In this document: one piece after another, positions 15,581 to 25,578 of the stretch
How the letters are laid out: every line of letters starts with the position of its first letter
How positions within the stretch are numbered: position 1 is the first letter of the stretch
Assembly (NCBI GenBank): GCA_046735395.1
Contig: JBJKQR010000012.1
Span: 174,599-238,598 of the forward strand
Source of the DNA: Fidelibacterota bacterium
GTDB lineage: Bacteria; Fidelibacterota; Fidelibacteria; Fidelibacterales; DSDE01
Length of the DNA stretch: 64,000 nt
Direction of reading: 5' to 3'
Made by a program: the position numbers and the translations under genes
The notes under the pieces: model-generated
What the model saw: the letters and a program-made list of their open reading frames with translations, nothing else
Told to the model about the DNA's origin: nothing
Database searches by the model: none

Positions 15581-16216
15581 ATGCCGAAGGATATTGTTCA
15601 GTATTTAACCTATGTAAAAGATGTTTTCGGAGATCAGGTGATCGTTCCCCTTTCAGCACTGGAAGACTATAAAAGACAGATTCAGGACTGCAGTAGGTGT
15701 GAGCTGGCAGGCAGCCGGACCCATTTCGTATTCGGCAGCGGCAGCCCTTCCTCTCAGATTCTGTTTGTGGGCGAAGCTCCGGGAGAGGCGGAAGATCTTT
15801 CGGGAATTCCCTTCGTCGGCAGAGCCGGCCAGCTTCTGGACAAAATGCTCGCTGAGATCGGCCTCGAGCGGGAGCAGGTTTTTATTGCCAATGTTCTCAA
15901 GTGTCGGCCGCCGGGAAACCGGGATCCCCGGCCCGATGAAATTTCCCTCTGCGAGCCCTATCTTCATAAGCAGATCGAGCTGATCAGTCCCCGCGTGATC
16001 ATTGCGCTGGGACGGGTGGCCGGAAAAACGCTGATCAAGGAGGATCTGTCGCTCAGCGCCATGAAGGGACGAAAGCTGAGCTATCAGAATGTGCCGCTGG
16101 AAGTGATTTACCATCCTGCCGCCATCCTGCGGAATATGGGACGGCTGGATGACTACAAGGCGGATTTTCATCGTCTCGCCCAAACCTACAAATTGGGAAC
16201 TCCCGCCCATGAATGA
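15581..16216 (+). CDS. uracil-DNA glycosylase, family 4 (Fe-S)
   Basis: CSRCEL, GEAPG..ED, PFVGRAGQLL, NVLKCRPPGNRDP, YHPAA. Confidence 0.93.
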   Translation: MPKDIVQYLTYVKDVFGDQVIVPLSALEDYKRQIQDCSRCELAGSRTHFVFGSGSPSSQILFVGEAPGEAEDLSGIPFVGRAGQLLDKMLAEIGLEREQVFIANVLKCRPPGNRDPRPDEISLCEPYLHKQIELISPRVIIALGRVAGKTLIKEDLSLSAMKGRKLSYQNVPLEVIYHPAAILRNMGRLDDYKADFHRLAQTYKLGTPAHE

Positions 16217-17570
16217 CAAGATTACCCGTGTACCGCCCCAGTCTCTCGAATCCGAAATCGCCGTTCTCGGCGCCATGCTGCTTGAACCGGCCGCCGTATT
16301 CGAAGCCTTTGAGGTTCTGACACCGGAAGATTTTTATCTCGATAATCACCGGGTGATTTTCGAGGCCATGCTGCAGCTGTTTCAGAATAACGCGCCCATC
16401 GATCAGCTGACGCTAACCCAGTATCTCTTCGAGCAGAAACTGCTGGAAAAAGCCGGTGGCGCCGCCTATATCACCAGCCTGCTTTCGAAGGTGCCCACAG
16501 CAGCCAATCTCCGCTATTATGCCAAGATCGTCAAGGACAAGGCGACCCTGCGCTCCATTATTCATATTGCCACAAAACTCGTGACCGACGGCTACAACGA
16601 GAATATGACCGCCGAGGAAATTCTGGACGGGACCCAGCAGCAGATCTTTGCGCTGAGAGAGGGTGTGAGTACCCAGACTTTTGTGTCCCTCAAACAGTCG
16701 GTGGGTGAAAGTATCGAACACATCCAGAAGATGGGAGCCAGAAAGGGTGACATCATCGGAGTGCCCAGCGGATTTTATCAGCTGGATCGCATGACAACCG
16801 GTTTTCAACCTTCCGATCTGATCATTCTGGCCGGGCGTCCCTCCATGGGTAAAACGGCCTCGGCTCTGTCCATGGCCCGAAGCATGGCGGTCGATTACGG
16901 TAAGAAAGTCTGCTTTTTCAGCCTGGAAATGAGTGTTCATCAGCTGTCCATGCGACTGCTCTCAGCCGAAAGCAAGATCGACCATCAGATGCTGCGGAAC
17001 GGCCGGGTTCCCAATGATATCTGGATCAATCTCACCCATGCAGCCGGTCAGCTGTCTGATGCGCCCATCTGGGTGGATGAGACACCCGGTATCAGTATCA
17101 TGGAAATCCGCTCCCGGGCACGCAGACTGAAAATGGAAAAAGGCCTGGATATTATCTTTGTGGATTATCTCCAGCTGGCCAAGGGAAGCGGTCGCATCGA
17201 GAACCGGCAGAATGAAATATCCATGATTTCCCAGGGGCTGAAGGCGCTGGCCAAGGAACTTAATGTTCCGGTTATTGCGCTGTCCCAGCTGAGCCGTGCC
17301 GTCGAACAGCGCGGCGGAGACCATAAGCCGCAGCTGTCGGATCTTCGTGAATCGGGAGCCATCGAGCAGGATGCGGACGTGGTCATGTTCGTGTATCGTG
17401 AATTCGTATACAGCAAGGATCCGGAGCACGAAGGCAGCGCTGAGCTGATTATCGCCAAACAGCGAAACGGCCCCACCGGAGAAGTGCCCCTTATATTCAA
17501 TGCCCATATTGCCCGTTTTGACAATCCGGCAGCAGCCGATTATGGAATGGAAGCGGAAACGCCGTTCTAA
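16209..17570 (+). CDS. dnaB: replicative DNA helicase
   Basis: PPQSLESEIAVLG, Walker A GRPSMGKT, DYLQL, LSDLRESGAIEQDAD, KQRNGPTG; no intein. Confidence 0.97.
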   Translation: MNDKITRVPPQSLESEIAVLGAMLLEPAAVFEAFEVLTPEDFYLDNHRVIFEAMLQLFQNNAPIDQLTLTQYLFEQKLLEKAGGAAYITSLLSKVPTAANLRYYAKIVKDKATLRSIIHIATKLVTDGYNENMTAEEILDGTQQQIFALREGVSTQTFVSLKQSVGESIEHIQKMGARKGDIIGVPSGFYQLDRMTTGFQPSDLIILAGRPSMGKTASALSMARSMAVDYGKKVCFFSLEMSVHQLSMRLLSAESKIDHQMLRNGRVPNDIWINLTHAAGQLSDAPIWVDETPGISIMEIRSRARRLKMEKGLDIIFVDYLQLAKGSGRIENRQNEISMISQGLKALAKELNVPVIALSQLSRAVEQRGGDHKPQLSDLRESGAIEQDADVVMFVYREFVYSKDPEHEGSAELIIAKQRNGPTGEVPLIFNAHIARFDNPAAADYGMEAETPF

Positions 17571-17579
17571 GCAAAAAAC

Positions 17580-19751
17580 ATGACAAGCGATTTCAGCCAA
17601 TATCCCAAAGAATTTCAAGCGCTCCTGACGCAGATCGAGAGCTATAATCCGGGGTATCTGGCGGAAACAGATTTATTGTACAAGGCCTATAATTTTGCCC
17701 AGAATGCCCACAGCGGACAATTCCGACGCTCCGGAGAACCGTATTTTGTTCATGTCTACAATACGGGCCTCATTCTGGCCGAGCTGAACATGGATCCGGT
17801 GACCATCGCCGCAGGATTTCTGCATGATGTGGTGGAGGATACGAATATTTCCTCCGAAGTCCTGGCCGAGGAATTTACGACGGTCATTGCCGACCTGGTT
17901 GCCGGCGTCACCAAGATCGGCGGAATCAAATTTTACAGCCGTCAGCAGCAGCAGGCGGAAAATTTTCATAAAATGTTCCTGTCTGTTGCCATGGACATAC
18001 GGGTTCTCATTATCAAGTTTGCAGACCGGCTTCACAACATGAGAACGCTGTATTCGCTGCCGGTGGTGAAACAGAGGCGCATTGCCATCGAGACGCGGGA
18101 CGTATATGCTCCGCTGGCCAGCCGTCTCGGTATGTACAGCATGAAGACGGAATTCGAGGACCTGGCTCTCAAATATCTCGACCCCAAGATGTACCGCTTC
18201 CTCGAAAAACGCATACAGTCCCGGAAAAAGGATCTGGAAGTCTATATTGAGCGGTTTTCAGAGGATATCCGGGCCAGTCTGGACCAGTATAATATTGAAG
18301 CCCGGATTACGGGCCGGCTCAAGCATTTTTACAGCATTTACCGGAAAATGCAGCGTCAGAACAAACAGTTCGAGGAAATTTACGATATCCTCGCCATCCG
18401 GATTGTGGTGAAGGAAATCTCCGAATGCTATGCCGTCCTCGGCCTAGTGCACCAGGAGTATGCACCCATTCCGCACCGGTTCCGGGATTTTATCGCCACA
18501 CCGAAGACGAATGGCTACCAGTCCGTCCACACGACGGTCGTGGGTCCCGACAACCGCCTGATCGAGGTGCAGATCCGGACCGAAAAGATGCATCGCACGG
18601 CAGAGGTCGGTATTGCCGCTCACTGGAAATACAAGGAAAACCGTGAGGATGAGAACAACAGCGAACTGGAAGCCTATGTAAAGTGGCTGCGCGGACTCAT
18701 CGAGATGCTGCAGAAGGATGTGACCGACGATGAGGAATTTTTTGACACCCTGAAGATCGACATGTTCCGGGATGAAATCTTCGTCTTCACACCCAAGGGT
18801 GATCTGGTCACTCTGCCTCAGGGGGCAACGGCGCTGGATTTTGCCTTTGCCGTCCATTCCGAGGTGGGTGTCCACTGCATCGGTTCCAAGGTGAATTCGA
18901 AGATGGTTCCCATCAATACTGCTCTGTCCAGCGGCGACCGTATTGAGATTCTCACGTCCTCCAACAGTAATCTGAGCTACAACTGGCTGAATTTTGTAAA
19001 GACCAGCCGGGCCAAGAACCGCATCCGGAGATGGCTGCGGCAGAATGAATATGAACAGTCGGTTGCCCTGGGTAAGGAAATCCTGGAAAAGGGCCTTCGC
19101 CGGCTGAAAATGAGGGACCGCATCAAGGAGGCGGAAAACAAGGGGCCGGAGAGTTTCGCGTTTCAGACCCGTGACCTGTTTTTCGAGGCTATCGGCAAAG
19201 GTGATATCACCCTGCGTGATATCGTGGAAAAACTCTTTGCCGAAAATACGCCTGAACCGGCTGAAGAGGCCGAGGCCGGGATCAGCACTCTGCTCAAACC
19301 CTTCAACCGCCGTGAAGAAGGTATCAAGATTCAGGGTATCGACAATCTCATGGTGCAGTTCGGAAAATGCTGCAATCCCATCCCCGGTGACGAGATCGTG
19401 GGTTTCATCACCCGCGGCCGGGGCGTGACCATCCACCGTTCGGAATGCAGCAATATACCCAAACTTCAGTCCGAGGAAGACCGTTTTCTCAATGTGAACT
19501 GGGATGTGCCCCGGGGAAAAACCTTTGTGACCCATCTGCGCATGTTCTGCGCGGACCGTAAAAATATGATTTATGACATTGCGGATATTATCAGGGATAG
19601 TAAGACCAATATGCTGTCCATCAATTTTGTATCTGAGGGAAAGCATGCCAAGGGCAATCTTGCCATTGCCGTGGAAAGCACGCGTCACGCCCAGAGAATT
19701 ATGGACAAACTGAGGAAAATTCCCGGAATTATAAGTATTGAAAGAACTTAG
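17580..19751 (+). CDS. rel: bifunctional (p)ppGpp synthetase/hydrolase (long RSH)
   Basis: HD hydrolase (RRSGEPY, LHDVVED), synthetase (NGYQSVHT, EVQIRT), TGS domain, CCNPIPGD, ACT domain. Confidence 0.95.
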   Translation: MTSDFSQYPKEFQALLTQIESYNPGYLAETDLLYKAYNFAQNAHSGQFRRSGEPYFVHVYNTGLILAELNMDPVTIAAGFLHDVVEDTNISSEVLAEEFTTVIADLVAGVTKIGGIKFYSRQQQQAENFHKMFLSVAMDIRVLIIKFADRLHNMRTLYSLPVVKQRRIAIETRDVYAPLASRLGMYSMKTEFEDLALKYLDPKMYRFLEKRIQSRKKDLEVYIERFSEDIRASLDQYNIEARITGRLKHFYSIYRKMQRQNKQFEEIYDILAIRIVVKEISECYAVLGLVHQEYAPIPHRFRDFIATPKTNGYQSVHTTVVGPDNRLIEVQIRTEKMHRTAEVGIAAHWKYKENREDENNSELEAYVKWLRGLIEMLQKDVTDDEEFFDTLKIDMFRDEIFVFTPKGDLVTLPQGATALDFAFAVHSEVGVHCIGSKVNSKMVPINTALSSGDRIEILTSSNSNLSYNWLNFVKTSRAKNRIRRWLRQNEYEQSVALGKEILEKGLRRLKMRDRIKEAENKGPESFAFQTRDLFFEAIGKGDITLRDIVEKLFAENTPEPAEEAEAGISTLLKPFNRREEGIKIQGIDNLMVQFGKCCNPIPGDEIVGFITRGRGVTIHRSECSNIPKLQSEEDRFLNVNWDVPRGKTFVTHLRMFCADRKNMIYDIADIIRDSKTNMLSINFVSEGKHAKGNLAIAVESTRHAQRIMDKLRKIPGIISIERT

Positions 19752-19760
19752 GAGGAATTC

Positions 19761-20087
19761 ATGTCGGAAAATGTAAAGACCTTTACCAAAAAGGATATCG
19801 CTCATTCTCTTCTGGAATCACAGCCAGATCTCAAACTGTATCAGAGTGAACAGATCGTTGATAATCTGTTCGGCATCATGAGGGATATGCTGATGGACAG
19901 CGAGACGGACCTGGTGAGAATCGAGATCCGGAATTTCGGCGTATTTGAAGTCAAACCCACCAAGGCGAAACCCAAGGCCCGTAATCCGCGCACCAACGAG
20001 GTCGTTTATGTTCCTCCCCGCAAGAAGACCCATTTCAAACCGGGAAAAATGCTGAAGGATTACCTGAGAGTTCCCGAGAAGTCATGA
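19761..20087 (+). CDS. HU/IHF family DNA-binding protein
   Basis: RIEIRNFGVFEVK..ARNPRTNE.V.VPPR...FKPGK. Confidence 0.92.
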   Translation: MSENVKTFTKKDIAHSLLESQPDLKLYQSEQIVDNLFGIMRDMLMDSETDLVRIEIRNFGVFEVKPTKAKPKARNPRTNEVVYVPPRKKTHFKPGKMLKDYLRVPEKS

Positions 20088-20497
20088 CACGTATTCTGGC
20101 AGTCGACTATGGTGACAGAAAAGTCGGACTTGCCGTTTCCGATCCGCTGAAAATCATTGCCGGCCCTCTGGATACCCTGCGGATCACAAGGCCGGAAGAA
20201 GCTGTCGAAAAAGTGACAGCTCTCGTTCAGGAGCAGGATGCGGAAGCGGTGGTCGTTGGCTATCCCTGGTCTCTCAAGGGAGAGAAAAGCGCCCAGACCC
20301 TGAAAGTCGATGCCTTTATCGAGTCTCTGCGGGAACGGATATCCTGCCCGATTATTCCCTGGGATGAAAGCTTCAGTTCGGAGCGGGCCAAGAAGATTCT
20401 CATCGCCAAGGGGATACGGACCGGACACAATAAAACAAAGGTTGACGAAATGGCTGCCCGAATCATTCTTCAGGAATATCTGGATTCACGCTCATGA
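20084..20497 (+). CDS. ruvX: RuvX/YqgF pre-16S rRNA nuclease
   Basis: RILAVDYGDRKVGLAVSD, WDESFSS, VDEMAARIILQEYLD. Confidence 0.95.
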   Translation: MTRILAVDYGDRKVGLAVSDPLKIIAGPLDTLRITRPEEAVEKVTALVQEQDAEAVVVGYPWSLKGEKSAQTLKVDAFIESLRERISCPIIPWDESFSSERAKKILIAKGIRTGHNKTKVDEMAARIILQEYLDSRS

Positions 20498-21984
20498 AAC
20501 TGCAATGGAAAACGATGCTGTGGCTCAGCGCCGCTGCCCTTCTGTCCGCCGCCGGATTTGCTCCCTTCAATGCCTGGTATCTGAGCTTTTTCGGCCCGGC
20601 TCTCCTCCTGCAGCAGCTGTCGCAGGGCGGCAGGCCCTTTCTGAAGGGATACGCCTTCGGTTTTGTTTTCAATCTTATCCTGGTCCATTGGCTGGCCTTT
20701 AATTCCGGCGCTCCCGTCTATATGGTTTTTATCTCCATGCTGGCTGCCGCAGCCTTTCTTGCCCTGAACTACGGCCTTATTGCCTGGCTGTTTTCCTATA
20801 TTCACAGACGGCACGCCATGTGGGCCTATGCGCTCTTCCCGGCGCTGTGGACTTCGGTGGAATTCATCCGCAGCTTCGGCGTGCTGGGTTTTCCCTGGAT
20901 TTCCATGGCCAATACACAGACAGCAAATCTTCTCTTCATCCAGATGGCGGACATAGGCGGCATCTATCTGGTTTCCTTTGTCCTGATTTCCATATCCACG
21001 CTGTTGTATCTGCTCTATTCCCGGCAAATTCCTGTGAAAATGGGTTTCATCTCTGTCCTCTGTCTGCTGGGACTTCCGTGGATATATGGGATGGCCCGGC
21101 TGAATGCAGGGCTCGATGACGGACAGAAACTCACGGTCCGGATTGTTCAGCCTGATTTTGACAGTTACGAAAAATGGGAACTCTCCAACCGGCAGCATGT
21201 TTTTGCGGATATGGACAGCCTCAGCCGCGCACCCGGTATTGACAGCGTGAACATTGTTCTCTGGCCCGAGTCGGCTACTCCGCTCTATATTCGTTCGAAT
21301 ACGAAGTACCGGCAATTTTTACAGAATATTGTGGAAGATCATCATCTCATCCTCCTTACCGGCACGCCTGATTTTTCCATGTCGAAGGGCGAGCTGAGCA
21401 TAACAAATTCTCTGGTCGCATTCGAGAAGGGAAAGGGAATAACGGCCCATTATGACAAAGTGCATCTGGTTCCCTTCGGCGAGTATATTCCTCTGTCATA
21501 CCGTTTCCCAGCGCTCAAGAATCTGAATCTCGGGCAGGCAAATTTTGATCCCGGCGCAGAAGGACAGAAATTTATTGTCGCGGACACCCTGGCTCTCGCC
21601 CCCCTGATCTGCTATGAAAGTATCTTTCCGGGGCCGCCGGTTCAGGCTGTTCGCAACGGCGCTGCAGCCATTGTGAATGTAACCAATGACAGTTGGTTCG
21701 GCCGTTCGCTGGGCCCCTATCAGCACGCATCCCAGGCCATTTTCAGAGCCATCGAGACACGGCGTCCCTATTTCCGCTCCGCAAATACGGGCATCAGCTG
21801 CGCCATTGACGTCTGCGGCCGGGTTCATGGAAAAATTCCCCTGTACCGGCAGGCCTTTCTCGATGCCTCCCTGAACAGCTCCCGTACCCTGTCCTTCTAT
21901 GTCCTGCACGGAAACCTTTTTGCAATCATCATTCTGGGACTGAGTTTATGCGCATTTATATATATTTCGCTGCGGCGCTCCTGA
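20494..21984 (+). CDS. lnt: apolipoprotein N-acyltransferase
   Basis: GFPW, WPES, YDKVHLVPFGEYIP, ICYESIF, TNDSWFG, RSANTGIS. Confidence 0.95.
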   Translation: MKLQWKTMLWLSAAALLSAAGFAPFNAWYLSFFGPALLLQQLSQGGRPFLKGYAFGFVFNLILVHWLAFNSGAPVYMVFISMLAAAAFLALNYGLIAWLFSYIHRRHAMWAYALFPALWTSVEFIRSFGVLGFPWISMANTQTANLLFIQMADIGGIYLVSFVLISISTLLYLLYSRQIPVKMGFISVLCLLGLPWIYGMARLNAGLDDGQKLTVRIVQPDFDSYEKWELSNRQHVFADMDSLSRAPGIDSVNIVLWPESATPLYIRSNTKYRQFLQNIVEDHHLILLTGTPDFSMSKGELSITNSLVAFEKGKGITAHYDKVHLVPFGEYIPLSYRFPALKNLNLGQANFDPGAEGQKFIVADTLALAPLICYESIFPGPPVQAVRNGAAAIVNVTNDSWFGRSLGPYQHASQAIFRAIETRRPYFRSANTGISCAIDVCGRVHGKIPLYRQAFLDASLNSSRTLSFYVLHGNLFAIIILGLSLCAFIYISLRRS

Positions 21985-22334
21985 TCGGTCTGTCGCCGCT
22001 CCGGGCGGACAACAGCCGGAAATCTGTCTCGATTTCCCCGGAAACGGGATATTTGTCCGAAATCAGCACCCTTCTGGATCAGAACGGGTATCGGATGTTT
22101 CTTGATTCCCTGAATTGTGATCTGGCGGGAAGCCTGGAGGAGGAGCAAGCCTCTGACAGTATTCATTATACACTGGTTCTGCGTTCATCTGATACGGCGG
22201 AAAAGATTGTTGTCGGATCATTTTCCCGTCCCCGATTATCCACGGCGCAGAGCAGACGGGAACTTAAAAAGTTCCTTTTCGTAAAGGGACTCATCATGAT
22301 TCCTGTTATTTTACTTTTTACGCTCAGATTTTAA
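21948..22334 (+). CDS. hypothetical exported protein with C-terminal membrane anchor
   Basis: Signal-like N-terminus and hydrophobic C-terminus; fills the gap in a co-directional run. Confidence 0.6.
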   Translation: MRIYIYFAAALLIGLSPLRADNSRKSVSISPETGYLSEISTLLDQNGYRMFLDSLNCDLAGSLEEEQASDSIHYTLVLRSSDTAEKIVVGSFSRPRLSTAQSRRELKKFLFVKGLIMIPVILLFTLRF

Positions 22335-22387
22335 GGCCGGAAATGCCTATATTTTCAAGTGTGAACAGAGAAAAGAAAGTGGAGGCT

Positions 22388-22987
22388 ATGAAAAAAATCA
22401 GAATCATCGGATTGAGTTGGATGATTTTTAGCGCCGCCGTACTGGCCGGTGCGGAAAAGGCGGATTACATAAAAAGCCTGATTCTTCCGGGATGGGGACA
22501 GCAGGACCTGAATATGCGGCACAGCCGCGTTCTCATGACTGCGGATATCGCCCTTCTCAGCTCACTCTTCGGCATGACATGGTATGCTGACAAGCAGCAG
22601 AATGATCTCTTCAATTATGCCAGTGAATACGCCCGGGCCGATCAGCTCTATGATAATGAGCAGTACTGGCGGGATCTGGGGGACTATATGTCCTGGGATC
22701 AGCACCGGACTGCCATGCTGGAGAATCGTACACCTGAAAAAATCTATAGCGAAGCCTATGCCTGGTCCTGGCTGACCCTGAATAATGCCAATACCTACCG
22801 GAATCTGCGCCGCAGCCGGGATTTTGCCCGTAACCGGAAAACCATGATTCTGGGCGCTCTGGCCTTCAACCGCATGGTTTCGTTCATCGACCTGATGTAT
22901 CTGGATAAACTCAGTCAGAATGTCTCCATGAGCTATATGGAAAGTGCCGGTGTTTCCGGCCTGTCTCTGAATATTACTTTGAGGTGA
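22388..22987 (+). CDS. hypothetical membrane/exported protein (DUF5683-like SLILPGWGQ motif)
   Basis: SD GGAGG; signal peptide; KSLILPGWGQ; hydrophobic segments. Confidence 0.7.
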   Translation: MKKIRIIGLSWMIFSAAVLAGAEKADYIKSLILPGWGQQDLNMRHSRVLMTADIALLSSLFGMTWYADKQQNDLFNYASEYARADQLYDNEQYWRDLGDYMSWDQHRTAMLENRTPEKIYSEAYAWSWLTLNNANTYRNLRRSRDFARNRKTMILGALAFNRMVSFIDLMYLDKLSQNVSMSYMESAGVSGLSLNITLR

Positions 22988-22997
22988 TGACCTCCGA

Positions 22998-23597
22998 ATG
23001 TCTGTCGCTGTCATCGTTCTTTCATCCCTGCTTCTTTTATTTTTAAAATCCCTGTGGATTCAGGCGGGTGTTGCCTTTTTTCTGCTCATTGCGCCGGCCG
23101 GCAGGAAAACACGCCTGTCAGGGGCGATGATCGTGGTTTTTAGTCTGACGCTGTGCTTTCATCTCCTCGTTCGCTTTGATGAAGCCTGGTTTCAGGGGTT
23201 TTCTGATCGGGAATTATGGGTGAGAGCTCTGTATTTTTCACTTCGCAATCTGAACCTGCTGCTTCTGATGTCGCTGCTTCTGCATCATCTGCGGCAGTCC
23301 GATCCGGGCAGAACCCTCATATCACTGGAAAAACGGCTGGCGGCACGAGGTGTGGATGCAGCTCCCGTACTCCGTCCCTTTTTCATTGCTCTCATGACCT
23401 GGGATATTTTTCGGGATGAATATCAGTCCCTGCAGCAGCTTCACCGCATCCTGGGCCTGGAGCTGCCCCGAAACCGAATGATGCGCATCAAATATTATTC
23501 CGGCCTGATACTGCCCCTCATCTCTGCGGCCCTGGACCGCAGTGAAAGTCTGGGCATCGCTCTCACCAGCCGGGGTTACGGAGCTGCTCATCCATGA
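22998..23597 (+). CDS. short energy-coupling-factor transmembrane component (EcfT/CbiQ-like)
   Basis: Hydrophobic; C-terminal LILPLISAALDRSESLGIALTSRGY matches the EcfT coupling helix; directly upstream of truA. Confidence 0.65.
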   Translation: MSVAVIVLSSLLLLFLKSLWIQAGVAFFLLIAPAGRKTRLSGAMIVVFSLTLCFHLLVRFDEAWFQGFSDRELWVRALYFSLRNLNLLLLMSLLLHHLRQSDPGRTLISLEKRLAARGVDAAPVLRPFFIALMTWDIFRDEYQSLQQLHRILGLELPRNRMMRIKYYSGLILPLISAALDRSESLGIALTSRGYGAAHP

Positions 23598-24370
23598 AGG
23601 AAAGCGAATCTGCAGACAGCCGTATAGCTCTCCGGCTCGAATATGACGGATCCCGATACCGGGGATTCCAGTTTCAGCCGAATGAAAAAACGGTACAGAC
23701 CGAGATTGAAAAAGCTCTGGAAAAGCTGTACCGGCAATTCTGCAGGGTAATTCCCTCCGGACGAACAGACAGCGGTGTTCATGCCCGCGATCAGATCTGC
23801 CATTTCGACGCCCCCCGGGCTTATCCTGAAATCAATGTTATCAAAGCCCTCAATTCCATTCTCCCGGAAGATATACGGGTCCTGGCCGCCGCAACCGTTT
23901 CGAACGAATTTCATGCCCGTTATGATGCGGTCCGGCGGGATTATCGATACACGCTGCGTTTCCATCCATCTGCGCTTGAACGGGGAAGATCATGGTATCT
24001 CCCCGGCTTTCATGAACTATCCAGTCTGGATGACATGGCATCCTGTCTTCAGGGTGAAATGGATTTTACCAGTTTCTGTTCCACTCAGGCCGAGGTGAAT
24101 CATAAATTCTGCAGGGTCATGGAAAGTGAATGGATCCGCAGTGAGGAGCATTTGATCTATAGGATTTCTGCCAACCGTTTTTTACATTCCATGGTGAGAT
24201 CACTGGTGGGAACAATGGTCATGATGGCAAGAAAAACGGACGGATCCGCGCAGTTCAGCAACGTATTAAAGGCATGTACCCGAGGACCTGAGATCTATAC
24301 GGCACCGCCGCAGGGGCTGTGTCTGGAAAAAGTGTATTATCCGAATTCCATCAACTGGGTTACAGTATAA
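23594..24370 (+). CDS. truA: tRNA pseudouridine(38-40) synthase
   Basis: EYDGSRYRGFQFQP, SGRTDSGVHA, FLHSMVRSLVG, TAPPQGLCL. Confidence 0.96.
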   Translation: MKESESADSRIALRLEYDGSRYRGFQFQPNEKTVQTEIEKALEKLYRQFCRVIPSGRTDSGVHARDQICHFDAPRAYPEINVIKALNSILPEDIRVLAAATVSNEFHARYDAVRRDYRYTLRFHPSALERGRSWYLPGFHELSSLDDMASCLQGEMDFTSFCSTQAEVNHKFCRVMESEWIRSEEHLIYRISANRFLHSMVRSLVGTMVMMARKTDGSAQFSNVLKACTRGPEIYTAPPQGLCLEKVYYPNSINWVTV

Positions 24371-24383
24371 AAGGGCAGCAAAC

Positions 24384-25565
24384 ATGATGAAATCACATCT
24401 GATCAAATTTTCCGTTCTCGTGCTACTGACCGGATTATGGTTCTGTTCCGGTAAGGAACCGGGTGGATCCGCCACGCAGGACGGACAGAGCAGCAAATAT
24501 GTATACAGCAACAAGGACCAGCTGAATCTGGATATCAGCCAGTCCCGGCAGACAGCGGTGACCCGGGCCATACAGAAGGTGGCTCCCGCGGTTGTGGGAA
24601 TTCATGTGACCCAGCTGAAGAATTATTCCGTAAACCGTGGTTTTGATGATCCGGTCTGGGATCTCTTTTTCGGGCGGCAGATGTATAAGGAACGGGTCAA
24701 GAGCATGGGCTCGGGCGTGCTCATATCCGCCGACGGTTACTTGGTTACAAATTCACATGTGGTCGAGGATGCGGTCGAGATCATCGTCACGCTGAGCGGC
24801 GGTGACAAGGTGAAGGCCAAACTTATCGGGAATGACAATCTGACGGATCTGGCGCTGCTGAAGCTGGACGGCAGGAAGGATTATCCCTTTGTAAAGATCG
24901 GGAGCAGTGACGATGTCATCATCGGAGAATGGGCGGTTGCGCTGGGGAATCCCTTCGGATTGTTCGATGTGAATAATCAGCCCACCGCTACACTGGGTAT
25001 CATTTCTTCCACCCATCTGGATTTCGGTGAGCAGAAGAGCGGCCGGGTGTATCAGGATATGATTCAGACCGATGCCAGCATCAATGCCGGTAACAGCGGC
25101 GGCGCTCTGGTCAATGTGCTCGGTGAGCTCATCGGCATCAATACCTTTATCTTCACCGGTAACAATCAGAGTTCCGGTTCTGTGGGAATCGGTTTTGCCA
25201 TTCCCTCGAAGCGGGTGATGGAGATTGTTTCCGAACTCAAGGAAAAGGGACAGGTTGACCGCGGTTACGACACGGGACTTTCAGTCCAGAATGTGGATCG
25301 TTTTCTGGCGGCTTATCTGAATCTGCCCAATATCAGCGGGATTATCATCACCAACGTCGAGAAGAATTCCACGGCCGACAAGGCCGGCCTCATCGTGGGG
25401 GACGTGATCACCCAGGTGAACGGAACAAAAATTCAGACGGACCGGGATATTTACCGCATTATCAATGAAGGATATCTGAAGGCCGGGGACAAGCTCAAGC
25501 TGAAGCTCTGGCGTAACGGAGATACGATAGAACGTGAACTGGTGCTGGAAGCACCCAAGCATTGA
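24384..25565 (+). CDS. HtrA/DegP-like serine protease with one PDZ domain
   Basis: GSGVLIS, TNSHVV, DLALLK, IQTDASINAGNSGG; PDZ GLIVGDVITQVNG; export signal. Confidence 0.93.
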   Translation: MMKSHLIKFSVLVLLTGLWFCSGKEPGGSATQDGQSSKYVYSNKDQLNLDISQSRQTAVTRAIQKVAPAVVGIHVTQLKNYSVNRGFDDPVWDLFFGRQMYKERVKSMGSGVLISADGYLVTNSHVVEDAVEIIVTLSGGDKVKAKLIGNDNLTDLALLKLDGRKDYPFVKIGSSDDVIIGEWAVALGNPFGLFDVNNQPTATLGIISSTHLDFGEQKSGRVYQDMIQTDASINAGNSGGALVNVLGELIGINTFIFTGNNQSSGSVGIGFAIPSKRVMEIVSELKEKGQVDRGYDTGLSVQNVDRFLAAYLNLPNISGIIITNVEKNSTADKAGLIVGDVITQVNGTKIQTDRDIYRIINEGYLKAGDKLKLKLWRNGDTIERELVLEAPKH

Positions 25566-25578
25566 CGGAAAGGATTTC

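Noticed and set aside
16209..17570. Intein in DnaB
   Set aside because: Normal length (453 aa) with contiguous motifs.
18444..19805. 453-aa antisense ORF inside rel (likewise 4365-5288, 51557-53005, 54334-55347, 55941-57095, 40067-40909)
   Set aside because: They lie opposite well-supported genes, show no recognisable motifs, and long antisense frames are expected from codon bias.
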